Of a stretch of 36,818 nt of DNA, positions 11,615 to 23,314 are shown one piece after another. Under the pieces are notes generated by a model. The model did no database searches and was not told the origin of the DNA. It saw only the letters and a program-made list of their open reading frames with translations. This stretch comes from Octopus bimaculoides (taxonomy: Eukaryota): positions 21,235,529 to 21,272,346 of the forward strand of contig NC_068994.1 of assembly GCF_001194135.2 (NCBI RefSeq), written 5' to 3'. The position numbers and the translations under genes are program-made. Each line of letters opens with the position of its first letter. The first letter of the stretch is position 1.

Positions 11615-11950
11615 CTAAAGAAAAGAATCTCCATCTGAATGCCATCAAGATGCACACTGGCTGGCAGGACATCTGTTAGAACTTTCATCTTGTCCACATT
11701 GATTCTGAGACCATAAGGCAAAGTGAAGCAGGCAATGTTGTACAAGATATCTATGCAACTGAATCTCAAACAACAACATCTGCTTTTAAAGACCAAAACC
11801 AGCAGCACAGGCTATAGTGGTTTGGTCACATCTTCAGGATGAGCACTGAAAGACTACCACACCAACTTTTGTGGTGACAGCAACCCCCACACAGAAAAAA
11901 TTCAGCACAGTGCACCAAGGAAGATGTAAGGGACCAGGTTGTGTGAGGTG
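11615..11950. mobile_element. RTE LINE remnant with inverted 5' part (RT on minus 11615-11760, C-terminal region on plus 11770-11950)
   Basis: Minus strand: YGLRINVDKMKVLTD...VHLDGIQME. Plus strand: HRL*WFGHIFRMSTERLPHQLLW...APRK. Confidence 0.65.
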
Positions 11951-14001
11951 AAGAGAATGGCTCTTTCGTATCATATCACATGGCCATTACAATAAAAAAG
12001 AAAACTGATAGAACCATTTACTTGCCAGATGGAAAAAGGAGACACAATTGCGTGAGAATGATTAAGAGAATATTTATGGATATGTTAACGTGTGTCTGTG
12101 TGTGCATCATGTATACAGAATAATAGATAGGCCATCATGAGAACAAGGTATGTGTGTGTGTGTGTGTAAGCAGATGTATGAGCATGTTAAGAATATATAA
12201 GGATGGCAATGAAGATGATAACAGTGAAAGAGTCTATAGCCATCGAAGTGAGAAGTAAGTTCATAGACACAAGAAAAATGAATAATACCAGTTTGTGGTC
12301 ATTCTTACACAGTAGTTGAAATACTGTATCATGAAGTCGCAGCCATGGCGCTGGGCTGGTTACAAGTACTGGGCTGGTTACATGGTTACAAGTGCTGCTT
12401 GGGTCACTTGATACAGGAGTTCTTGCAGGTTGTATATTTGCTGTTAATCGATGGTGAAGTAATTCACGAACAGTGAAGTGTTGGAACCTGGGTGAATTGC
12501 TTGCTGAGCTGTGTATGTAGAGAGATGATGTTGACAATATTAAGGACATGGTGGTGGCGATGAAGATGAAGGTTGCCATAATACTGTTGGACAAATTTGG
12601 CCAGTCTCAACATAGCTGCTGTGGTGGTCACTGGAACTGGCTGTGTCTTTGTGGTCAGTGGCTAGACCTTAAATGATCTGGAATCAAAGACGTCAGAAAG
12701 AGAAAAAGGTGAGTTTTTATAAGGAGCTGTAAGCTCAAAAACTGGGTAGTAAATAGGTTGTCCNNNNNNNNNNNNNNNNNNNNNNNNNNNNNNNNNNNNN
12801 NNNNNNNNNNNNNNNNNNNNNNNNNNNNNNNNNNNNNNNNNNNNNNNNNNNNNNNNNNNNNNNNNNNNNNNNNNNNNNNNNNNNNNNNNNNNNNNNNNNN
12901 NNNNNNNNNNNNNNNNNNNNNNNNNNNNNNNNNNNNNNNNNNNNNNNNNNNNNNNNNNNNNNNNNNNNNNNNNNNNNNNNNNNNNNNNNNNNNNNNNNNN
13001 NNNNNNNNNNNNNNNNNNNNNNNNNNNNNNNNNNNNNNNNNNNNNNNNNNNNNNNNNNNNNNNNNNNNNNNNNNNNNNNNNNNNNNNNNNNNNNNNNNNN
13101 NNNNNNNNNNNNNNNNNNNNNNNNNNNNNNNNNNNNNNNNNNNNNNNNNNNNNNNNNNNNNNNNNNNNNAGTTGGCCGACGGTTGTATTCTTTCTTGTCT
13201 TGAGGTTCATGGCCAAACAGCTGGGTGGATTCGCGTGAAAAATGGCACACATGTGGAGACGGGTGCATAGATTGAAATGCGCTTTCTATTTTTTTCCTAG
13301 CCCCCATACTTACAGAGAAAATTGATTAAAACAACCTGCATGCGTGTGTCACTGAAGCCATTCATACATATATACATATTAATAAATAAACTGAATGATA
13401 AATTTTAGTTATCTCTCTCTCTCTCTTTCTTTCTTTCTCTCTCTCTCTCTTTCTCTCTCTCTCATATACACATACACCATCAACATTACTCTCTCTGTCG
13501 TGCACACCCCATCAAACATACACACTCACACACACAGACATATGCACGCACATCAATTCTCCCCTTTCACCACAACTTCAAAAATAGTTCAGTCATAAAA
13601 CTGTCCATGTCTCTTCATTCAACGCCCACTTCAAGAGATCGCCTTTCCTTTCCACTTGTCTGGCCATCGATCGAGGGATAAAACATAAACCAACTCCTGC
13701 TAAATGCAAAAATACACACACAAATGGACATTTCATGTCTTTCAGTTTCTCTATGATTACACACGCGTCGAAAACAATAGCTCTTACACACATTTTAATC
13801 TTCAACAGGTATGTATCAATTTCTATAATATAAATTGTTTTTCTATAAGCTTATAACAATTACTTATTCCATACTTCACTTAGCTTTTCTCTTCACTTTT
13901 CTTAAATTGGATACGTCTGCTATTAATTCTTAAATACAATTTCCCCGTTAATTCTTACAGCTTCATTTTCTGTTAAAGCAATTCTTAACATCAACTTCTT
14001 A

Positions 14002-14421
14002 ACATAATACGCAGAATTCTTGCATTAATACAGTAGGGTGTTTTCAGGAAGATTTGGCTGCTATTTCTACCAGGTCTACCTACCATGTAGAGATCTGAAC
14101 TTATTTTTCATTCACAGATTTGCATTTCAAACATTTAACATAATCTTTTCCATAAATCAACTATCGTAAAAATTTTCTACCATGACCTCACATGCAATTA
14201 CCCTACCTTACAGTTTCTCATTCAAACTACATAATACGCAAAATTGTAGCATTAATACAGTAGGGGTGTTTTGAGGGAAATTTGCCTGCTATTTCTACCA
14301 GGTCTACCTACCATGTAGAGGTCTGAACTTCTTTTCCATTTACAGATTTGCATTTCAAACATTTAACATAATTTTTTCCATACATCAACTATCGTAAAAC
14401 TTTTCTACCATGACCTCACAT
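14002..14421. repeat. Imperfect direct tandem duplication: two about 192-bp copies (14002-14193, 14229-14421), period 227 bp
   Basis: Both copies run acataatacgca...ctatttctaccaggtctacctaccatgtagag...ttttctaccatgacctcacat. Confidence 0.9.
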
Positions 14422-14644
14422 TTTCTTTGTATGTGTGTGTACCTTAAAATACATGATTACACAGGTCCAATAAAATGTACAAATTCTTTCTTCACAACTG
14501 ATGAAGCCATTTTCTGACAGGAGGGGGTGAAATCTTCATACAGCTGGAGGCTCCAATCGAAACGGGACACGATATGATCAGGTTGAGAAACGGTGTTATA
14601 GATTATGCCTAACCGAAAATAATCACAGCCACATCATCCAAACA

Positions 14645-14673
14645 AACCGGGTGAAACCGGGTTTAGCTGCTAG
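14645..14673 (+). mobile_element. Helitron-like 3' terminus (GC-rich hairpin followed by CTAG|T)
   Basis: aaccgggtgaaaccgggtttagctgCTAGt: a short palindrome about 10 nt upstream of CTRR followed by T. The 5' end was not located. Confidence 0.5.
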
Positions 14674-14694
14674 TATATATATATATATAATAAA

Positions 14695-14890
14695 CGGAGA
14701 GAGGAATTTCAGCTGAGTCTACGCTACAAAGACATGGGCAAAACAAATTGAGGAAGACCTGAAATCGCAGCACCTCAACCTTGAGCATGCTAAGGCTAGT
14801 GCTATGGATCAGAAAGTGTAGTATAATATCATCAGCAGAGTCTGCCATCCAGCAGCACCCACAGCAGCATATTAGTTGAGACGACAGCCT
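14695..14890 (+). mobile_element. RTE-type LINE 3' fragment
   Basis: Translates to ...TWAKQIEEDLKSQHLNLEHAKASAMDQKV..IISRVCHPAAPTAAY*, typical of RTE C-termini. Confidence 0.5.
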
Positions 14891-15460
14891 CTGTGGAAAA
14901 TTGTTGATTATACTGACTCAAGCAATTGACTGGTACTTTATACTATTGACCTTAGAAGTGTAAAAAGCAAAGTTGATTGCAGCGGAATTTGAATTCAGCA
15001 TGTCAGGAGTTGTAAATATATCCTGTATTTTGTTTATTTCTCCAATGATTCTGCCTACAAATGTTTCTAGCATAGGCACAAGACCAGCACTTTTTGCAGG
15101 GAAGGTGTTAGTCCAGGGTCTCTGAAAGAATTTTGACAATGCAGAACAAACCTATTTTCAGGCCTCGGGATGAAGTCGGTGAGGGGATTTTCAAAATTCA
15201 ATATTGGTAAGGTTTTTTCTTTTTTAGGAATGACCCAGAAGTCGGCTACAAGTCTTCTTTGGCTCTCCAGATCCCGAGCCCCTCGTAGTTATCAATTATA
15301 TCGATCCCAGAACTTGACTAATACTTTGTTTTATCGACCCTGGAGGAATAACAGACCAAGTTAACTTCAGCGAGATATGAATAGAAAACATAAAAAGCTG
15401 TAACTAAACATCACAAAGTATTTTGACCGACGACCTCACCATTCTGCCAATTCATTGTCC
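14890..15460 (-). mobile_element. Degenerate SINE fragments (same family as 10905-11275)
   Basis: Segments gactggtacttt...attgacc...gcaaagttga...atttgaa and ttatcgaccctggagg...aagttaacttc. Confidence 0.55.
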
Positions 15461-16479
15461 TGATATTAATTCTTTCCTTATATTATTGTCTCCAGTGTCC
15501 ATTCATTCACACAATAAGGGATCGCCTTATGTACTTTCATAACTGAGGGATCGGATCGCCTTATGTACTTTCACTATAATGCCCAGTTGATAAAAATAAA
15601 AACAAAAACAAAACAAATAGTAGTTATTTGGAAATCTGTCACAAGAGGATAAAAATTATGTAAACACCGGTAGAGAGAGTCAGTGTAAACAAAACTTCAC
15701 AGCGATCTGAAGAGTGTAGCTGATACGAAATTTCTAAAAGTAAGATTTTTTAATTTCATTTTCTCTTTCTGTAATTTCTTTCTTGCTTTAGCATGAAATA
15801 ATACATTATCCAGAATTAATTTTTGCCGAACATACGAAGTCTGTTCAAAGTACACTGTATGTCAGTTTCCGCTGAATTACAAATGGGATGACGAATTCTG
15901 TAAGGTGGTGGTAAATTTTCTGAGAACTCAACTGAAGCTGTTTCCCTTAATTTAATAGTTCCTTCAAGAAGGTACAAACATCACAACTTAACGTGATTGA
16001 TAGTGTCATTGTAATAATAGTGGCGATCCATAATAATTGTAAATGTCGATGAATGCTAAGAAGTAATTTAAAAAAAAAGAATCTGTGACTCAGTATTTTG
16101 AGAAAGAAAATACACCACCTTGACTTGGTTTGAGTGAAAACGTAGTTATCACTTTCGCAAGTTTTAACTTTCCTTTTAGCTTCGCACTTATATAATATCA
16201 ATAATAATAATAATGTTCGAGCAAAAATAATTTAAAACAAATGAAAGAAATATTATTTTACGTATTTTGAGCTAATGCTCGACGACCGCGAAGCTCATGC
16301 ATTCACAGCAAATCAAAATACTTTTATGGAAAAGTTGATCCATAAAATAATCAAACAATTACAGAACACAGTCAGTGATCTTAGACAAGTTGAAATCTAT
16401 AAGTCGGGAACACCAACAAAAATATTCGTTTACTACATGTTGTTTTACACCTATTACACTATTTTTCTTTTACCCTGGT

Positions 16480-16757
16480 CAGAAACTGTAGTTTAACCAT
16501 AAAATCTTAGTAAATGAAAATGCAAACGGTACGTTATAGTCTAAGATTGCCATAAATTAGGTACTTGACTTTGGCGAAAGTAAAGAATACGTATACCCGG
16601 TGTTTAGGGTTAGAGTTAGGGTTTTTGCCTCCGTCATGTACGCCCCATCCCTGCACATGGTGGTGACGTAAATGGACCCCTCCCCGCCTTTAGAAATTTT
16701 TTGTTATGGAATCCCACGTTTTCCGCTATGGAGATTCCGATTCTGGAAAAAAATTTG
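16480..16757 (+). promoter_or_regulatory. Putative promoter and non-coding first exon of the C10orf88-like gene
   Basis: Local CpG enrichment, ATF/CRE-like TGACGTAA (16664-16671), GC box CCCCGCC (16682-16688) and a candidate donor ttg|gtaaat at 16758. The first coding exon has an acceptor only 12 nt before its ATG, so an upstream exon is required. Confidence 0.4.
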
Positions 16758-16822
16758 GTAAATTTTCAGATTAAGACCTGCACGATTTTCACTAGGGTTT
16801 TAGGCTCAGGGTTAGGATCATA

Positions 16823-17863
16823 CAGAGGATTCGGAAAGAGTTGGATGCGTCTGATGGTGATTACAAAGGTATGGCAGCTTGGAAAATTCACTTTGATCAT
16901 TCTGATAAGAAGAGAACACCTGAATTTGTTGGTGAGATACAGCCCATGATTGACAACGATCCCTCCAAGTCAATGAGGGACATAGGAGTGTCTGAGTTTC
17001 TTATCAGGCAGGTAGTGTATGAATACATTTGGTATTCCTCATACAAGATGAGAAAGAATCAATTTTTATCCCAAGCCATCAAGGACAAGAGGAAAGATTA
17101 TGCTATGAAGCTTTTGAACAAACTCAAGCATCCCCTCCAACCAAACATGCTTTGGTTTTTCTCAGACAAGAAAAATTTCTGCCAGGATCAGATGGTGAAC
17201 ACAAAGACACAACCATAGGCTTGCCATGTCCCCAACACATGTATTGAGAGTGATAACAATCAAACATCCTGTCAACATGGTGTTTGGAGTTATCACTAGT
17301 GATGGCGACATTATGTCTCCATTCATCTTCCCACATGGCCTCAAACTCAACACAGAGGTCTACATCAAGTGCCTGGAGGAGGTAGTGCTGTTATGGGTCA
17401 AGAGAGTGGCTGGAAGACCCTATGTCTGGCAACAGGAGTCTGCACCATACTACACAAGCAGGAGAACCCAGTCATGGCTGACAGACAATTTCTGCAACCA
17501 CATCACCCCTAACATCTGGACACCTAACTCCCCACGCAGCAACACCTTTGATTATTATGTGTGGGGCACAGTTGAGCAAGAGACCAACAAAACTCCTTGT
17601 AACGCCAATGATGAACTGAAGACAAAGATTATGGCAGCATTCACCAACTTAAACAAAGAGACCGTCCAGAAGAGTTGCAGGAGATTCTGAAGTCAGTCGG
17701 AGGCCATGGTTGAAGTCAATGGTGATTTTATTGAATAAATTTACTCTTTAGTATTTCAAGGTATTTTTATGTAATTTTGGTAAATATATCTGTTAAAATG
17801 TGATGTAAGTGTTATTTTCATTTTTGCATAATTTAGACGACAATTTATTTACCACATCCTGTA
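16823..17863 (+). mobile_element. Tc1/mariner DD37D (maT-type) transposon, 5'-truncated and frameshifted
   Basis: Motifs WFFSDKKNF and VWQQ(E)SAP-x37-DYYVWG; I count 37 residues between the second (D mutated to E) and third catalytic positions. The right TIR ...gacgacaatttatttaccacatcctg ends at 17861 and is followed by TA. Confidence 0.92.
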
Positions 17864-17959
17864 TATAACAAGACATCTGTTTCTGTCACACTAACCTTTC
17901 ATCATCTGACACAAGATCACCTCCTCCACTGTCCTCTCTCCTCTCAAAAATTTCTTGTC

Positions 17960-18250
17960 TTGCAAGTTATTTGGTGACCCTGCCAGTGCTGGTGCCACTG
18001 TGAAGTTGTTGGCATTTGGAAGGGCATCCAGCTGTAAAAATCATGCCAAAACTGACCTTGCTTATGCTGATGCTACATAAAAAGCACTCAATCTATTCTG
18101 CAGGGTAGTTGGTGTTTGGAAGGGCATCCAGCTGTAAAAACCATGGCACAACAGACAGTCGCCTGGTGTAGTCTTCTACCTGGCTGGCTCCTGTCAAACC
18201 GTCCAACCCATGCCAGCAAAGAAGGTGGACATTAAACGATGATGATAATG
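17960..18250 (+). mobile_element. RTE-LINE 3' UTR/SINE copy with internal tandem duplication and (GAT)n tail
   Basis: ggaagggcatccagctgtaaaaa occurs twice; ends ccaacccatgccagc...ttaaacgatgatgat. Confidence 0.8.
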
Positions 18251-18574
18251 GTGGTATATATAAGTAGTTCACATATCCGAAAAAGAAGCACACTCTAAAG
18301 CATTAGAGTAGCAATATATTTTTTAGGAAGTTAAATGTTATGGCTGGTCATAGAGTGATCATTGGTTTCACACCTATAAAGCGCTTAGTAGTATAGACAA
18401 TTCATCAGTGTCAAATGTGTAAAGGTGCCCATTTGAGTCTGACAAGATACCCATACTACTAAGCACTTTATAAGTCTGAAACCAATGGTCACTCTATGAC
18501 CAGCCATAACATTTAACTTCCTAAAATATGTATATGTATGTATATATGTATATTTACATGTATGTATATATGTT

Positions 18575-18950
18575 TCATCATCATTTAATGTCTGTTTTCC
18601 ATGTTGGCATTGGTTGGATGGTTTGACAGGAGCTGGCCAGTTGCAAATCTGCTCGGGCTTCATGTCTGTTTTGGCATGATTTCTACGGCTGGATATGCCC
18701 TTCCTAATTCCAACCACTCTACAAAGTGTACTGAGTGCTTTTATGCAGCAACGGCATGTGTGCACTTATGGGCCCCAAAGATTAGGAATGCTCAGCTGGA
18801 GAGTTATGGAGTGAACAAGCCTGTATGCAAGGACTATCATGCTTTTACTTAGCTTGACGTGTCTTTTCAAGCACAACAAACCACCTGGAGTCTCAGTCCC
18901 CTGTCATCCTCTTTGTGAGTCCCAACATCTGGAGATCGTTTCTTGCATTT
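18575..18950 (-). mobile_element. RTE-LINE 3' UTR/SINE copy
   Basis: tcatcatcatttaatgtctgttttccatgttggcatt...ggatatgcccttcctaattccaacc. Confidence 0.75.
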
Positions 18951-19156
18951 ATGTATGTATGTATGTGTATATATATGGTTGTTCTTTATGTTACTTGTCT
19001 TGCTTTCCATTTGTTTCTCTTGTTCGCATACCCAAGTTTGCCTTCGTATTTCGTAATTCATGTTGTTTACGTTTTGTGACGTCCTGTACCAAAATATGCA
19101 TAGATATATATATATGTGCATATATATGTAAGTATGTACATATATGTATGTATATA

Positions 19157-19190
<34 letters not shown>

Positions 19191-19719
19191 NNNNNNNNNN
19201 NNNNNNNNNNNNNNNNNNNNNNNNNNNNNNNNNNNNNNNNNNNNNNNNNNNNNNNNNNNNNNNNNNNNNNNNNNNNNNNNNNNNNNNNNNNNNNNNNNNN
19301 NNNNNNNNNNNNNNNNNNNNNNNNNNNNNNNNNNNNNNNNNNNNNNNNNNNNNNNNNNNNNNNNNNNNNNNNNNNNNNNNNNNNNNNNNNNNNNNNNNNN
19401 NNNNNNNNNNNNNNNNNNNNNNNNNNNNNNNNNNNNNNNNNNNNNNNNNNNNNNNNNNNNNNNNNNNNNNNNNNNNNNNNNNNNNNNNNNNNNNNNNNNN
19501 NNNNNNNNNNNNNNNNNNNNNNNNNNNNNNNNNNNNNNNNNNNNNNNNNNNNNNNNNNNNNNNNNNNNNNNNNNNNNATCCAAAACTTACAGGGAAAAAT
19601 TCAATTTAGCAAATCAAATTTAAATCAAATTTCCCAATATAAAATATATGTATATAATTTAGAGAAAATCCACTATTAAACAATTCAATAATGAAGAATG
19701 TAAATTTATACCATTTACT

Positions 19720-19900
19720 AGTTATTCTTTCTGATTTGGCGGGCGCCACTTGTTTTCTTAACGAAACACTTTCAAACTTGAGACACTGGTAGAATGTGTC
19801 ATATAAAACATCTTTTACTCTTAGTGTTATTGAGAAAATTTTATCTTTTTAAAGTTATTTCGTATTAAAATTGTTGTATTTCGGTAATTTCAACCAATCA
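19720..19900. repeat. Fragment of an interspersed repeat, probably a non-autonomous DNA transposon
   Basis: The segment ttcaaacttgagacactggtagaatgtgtcatataaaacatcttttactc...atttcggtaatttcaaccaatca resembles a common octopus repeat from memory. Termini were not identified. Confidence 0.4.
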
Positions 19901-19903
19901 CTA

Positions 19904-19934
<31 letters not shown>

Positions 19935-20569
19935 CCTGTGCATATATCTTACCCTCAGGTCTTTCTGAATTGTCGAACACTGCAGTTCTCTCCACTCCAA
20001 TTCAACTAATCTTTGTACATTTGAGGCCTTCTTCAATCATACACTCAGCTCTTCCTGAAAGGTTCAGTACTGAATGTTCTTGAATTCTCTCTTCATTTTT
20101 TCCCTTTCTTCTAGTGTCTTCATCATTGTGGTCTTTGCATGCTGCTTAGTGGATGACAGACACAAAATAAGGCTCACTAGGCAAAACTGACTCAGTGCCA
20201 TCAGGTTTTGCAGTGACTGGGATTTTCTTTACAGGAGAAATTCTTCGTTTATAAATCTACCTCCTCAGGTGACCATCAGGATCACCTATAGGCATTATTG
20301 GTACAATGTATCCAGTTTCTTGGCCACCTTTTTTTAAAAAATTTTTTCTATATTTTTCTGTTTTACAGAACTACTGAACTATAACATCAGATCTTCATTG
20401 CAGTGTTGATGCTTGTTGTTATTCTGATTTAGCACATGCTCTAGAATATAGTCCCTGCCTTGCTAAATCTACAGTTTATGCCACTTTTTCTGCTTCTATC
20501 ATATAAATCATTTCATGCCTTTATACATATAACAAATTTTTCTGTTTTTATTTTCAGAAAACTACAGCT

Positions 20570-20676
20570 ATGTCTGAACTGAGTCAGTTTGTCAATATTC
20601 AGCACAGTTGGCTGTCAGAGCAAGATGTTGTTGACAATGCTGAAGTACATGATGGAGCTGAAGATGACAGTTATAT
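20570..20676 (+). CDS. C10orf88: C10orf88/PAAT-like coding exon 1 (MSELSQFVNIQHSWLSEQDVVDNAEVHDGAEDDSY/I)
   Basis: Strong acceptor ttttcag at 20556-57, ATG at 20570 and donor at|gtatgt. Phase 2 fits the next exon. Contains the N-terminal xSW motif. Confidence 0.7.
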
Positions 20677-20884
20677 GTATGTACACTCTCTCCTTCATTG
20701 ACTGCATAACGAAATGCTACCATTACACCTCACTTTTGTTTTCATTGTGGTTTCCAACCCTACTTTCAGTAGCACTGTCATCATTATCAGCATCTCTACT
20801 TGATCTACATTATAGTGACCAGCAGCATCATCACTATCATTGATTCATCTTTATTACTCACCACAACAGAATTGAGATCCTAAA

Positions 20885-21178
20885 ACCAAGGTACCTCATA
20901 AAAAGCATTGGTGTGGCTGCTGGTGCCACGTAAAGAGCACTGGTGCTGCTGCCATATAAAAAGCAATGGTGATGGTATTGTGTAAAAAGTACCTAGTACA
21001 CTGGTTGGCATCAGGAAGGGCATCAAACCATAGAAACCAAGCCAAAACAGACTATAGAACCTGATGTAGCCCCTGGCCTGGCCAGTTTTTGTCAAGCCAT
21101 CCAACCCATGCTAGTACGGAAAACAGATGTTAAATGTTGTTGTTGTTGGTGATGATGATGATGATGATGAAATTGTTA
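20885..21178 (+). mobile_element. RTE-LINE 3' UTR/SINE copy with (GTT)n(GAT)n tail
   Basis: Repeated ...taaaaagca... units; ends ccaacccatgctagtacggaaaacagatgttaaa. Confidence 0.75.
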
Positions 21179-21794
21179 ATTAGTTCAGAAAATGTACAAA
21201 ATCTCCCTTGGTTGTGACATGCCATGAGCACCCCCCTCTTCTTCATAAAAATAATAAGGTTTAAAAAACCATAAGAAACAAATCTTGATGATGATAATGC
21301 TGACAATGCCAATGGTGACTCTGACAACAGCAGCTGTGATGATGATGACAACCTTCTCCACCATGACCATCGTCTCCTCACTGAATTCCTTCCACTTCAA
21401 ATTTTGCTGTTTTTAATTCTGTTCGTTTTCAGGAAACTGATTTTAGTCAGAAGACAGAACTATGCTAATGCTTTTTTGTGAAAGGTTTATCACTTTTCTT
21501 GTTAATCTGTGACTCCATGCCTATGTTAAAACAAAAAATATATACACTATCATTGTTGTCATTTTGGTCAATGTTGTCATCATTATCATAGGTGTCTCCA
21601 TTAGTCAGTCGGCTTGAGCAATTTTGCACCATTTAATTTAAACTTTTTAATTTAAAGGGTTAGACATACACATTATATGTCTTCTCTGTCCTCATGTTTT
21701 ATGTGTGAAAGTGATATTTTATTTTTCCTTTAATTTGTCTTCACTTTCCACCATTGGAACTTCATTTAGGCAGTTAAACTTTTGCATATTACAG

Positions 21795-22059
21795 ACAAAA
21801 GAGGGATTTGCTGGAAACCTCCGCAGATAACAGGATAATTAAAATTGACAAGCCTAACGAAGACCAATGTAGGTTCGAAATTCAATGCAAGCTTGGTGTT
21901 GGTTTGTTTGAGATCTGTATTTGTTGTAATGTATCCCAGTTTGAAGTTTATGATGAAACAGAAGGTTACCTACTCACCAGAAAGGGAAACCCTGCCTCAA
22001 ATGGTCTGTTATATTCTACCATTTCATTTAAAAAACCAAGGACTTCTATCTCTATCAAG
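21795..22059 (+). CDS. C10orf88: C10orf88/PAAT-like coding exon 2 (QKRDLLETSADNRIIKID...GLFEICICCNVSQFEVYDETEGYLLTRKG...SISIK)
   Basis: attacag acceptor and aag|gtcagt donor. Resembles the PAAT N-terminal beta-rich region (xEVYxxxEYxxTxRG). Confidence 0.85.
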
Positions 22060-23128
22060 GTCAGTGTATCTATGTTCTCTTTCAGTTCTATTAGTATATA
22101 TTTTAGAGTACTGTATTGGTTGAACAAAAAAAGTGTTGAATATTTCCTTGTAAAATAGTTATGTGAGAAAAGCATATAATATAATAACATAAAAAATCAA
22201 ATTTTTACATGTTTTTCTATACTACTTTGATTTTCAGTGTTTCTCAATTTAATGTCATCTCTTCTCGATGTTCTGGATTTTATCTGCTTATTCTCAAGTT
22301 TTCCTTCATCTTCTGTTGCAACACACTACCTACACAACCACTGCCTACACAACACATTTTTTTCCATAACATACATCATCATCTATTTTCATTACATAGA
22401 TGCTTTGTATACTTATCATGTCTAGTTATGATTTTAATTCACTTAGTTTCAGCCTTTATATTGCATGTCCAGTTCATTTCTCTTTAGGCACTAAATCTTC
22501 TACATTTCTGGTCATACACTGTTACTCATCTCACACATATAGAATCTTATTACAACCATAGTATTGTGTTTCATAGCAAAGTACACATGATTTACTTAGC
22601 ACAGTGTGAAAGGAAGCTACAATTATCCATATATCGGCAATAAAGAGTATTGCTCCAGTATTGTGAGTAAATATCTATCATTGCACATTTATTCAAACAT
22701 ACCACATGTAACAATGGTATGTGTTAATGAGCATTCTGATTAACATTGAGATTTGTATTAGTATATTTTTAAACTTAAAAACAAATCAGAGTCTGAATCT
22801 GAGAATTGAAATCTCTAGGTTCAAATCAATGTACAGGACTCTGTTTACAAAGTGAGGTTGGCACATATTTTTACGTTTCAAGTCATATGTTTACAGATTT
22901 TTGTAGGATTGTTCTTTGAGTGGTAATGTCAATTACCATTCCAACCACTGTTGTATCCATTCCCATATCATTATCACACTTCAGAAACTACACTATATTC
23001 TAACTGCCACTCTCCAACTACCACACTATAACCAATACAACACTTCTCGAGCTGTCACTGTCAACCATCACCATACTCTCAGAGCCAACATACTCCATGT
23101 TAAATTAATCCTTTGTATTTTATTTCAG

Positions 23129-23314
23129 TGTGTTGGAATTACTGGTCAGTTTCAGATGAAAGGGATTTTACTGAGGGTTGAGAAAATAACAAAACCCCTA
23201 TCTGGTTATGGACTTCTTAATGTGTCCACATTAAGGGACATTATTTCAGAACTTGGTCCTGAGACTTCTGAAAGAGCTCGGTCTATCCTCAATAATATTG
23301 AAACTTACCAAAAG
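23129..23314 (+). CDS. C10orf88: C10orf88/PAAT-like coding exon 3 (CVGITGQFQMKGILLRV...LNVSTLRDIISELGPETSERARSILNNIETYQK)
   Basis: tatttcag acceptor and aag|gtgagg donor, 186 bp, phase 0-0. Parallels the recalled human segment IDLDKVQTIMESMGSKLSPGAQQLMDMV. Confidence 0.88.

Noticed and set aside
15740-15791. Perfect-looking + strand mini-intron (gtaaga...tttag)
   Set aside because: Only 52 nt long and the flanking frames do not build a coherent ORF.
16275-16496. 73-aa + strand ORF (MLDDREAHAF...)
   Set aside because: No recognisable homology, no fitting splice into the C10orf88-like CDS, and it lies upstream of the putative promoter.
21432-21480. Strong acceptor ttttcag at about 21430 inside the C10orf88-like gene
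   Set aside because: All three frames stop within 50 nt, and exon 20570-20676 splices in phase directly to 21795. At most a cryptic or poison exon; unsupported.
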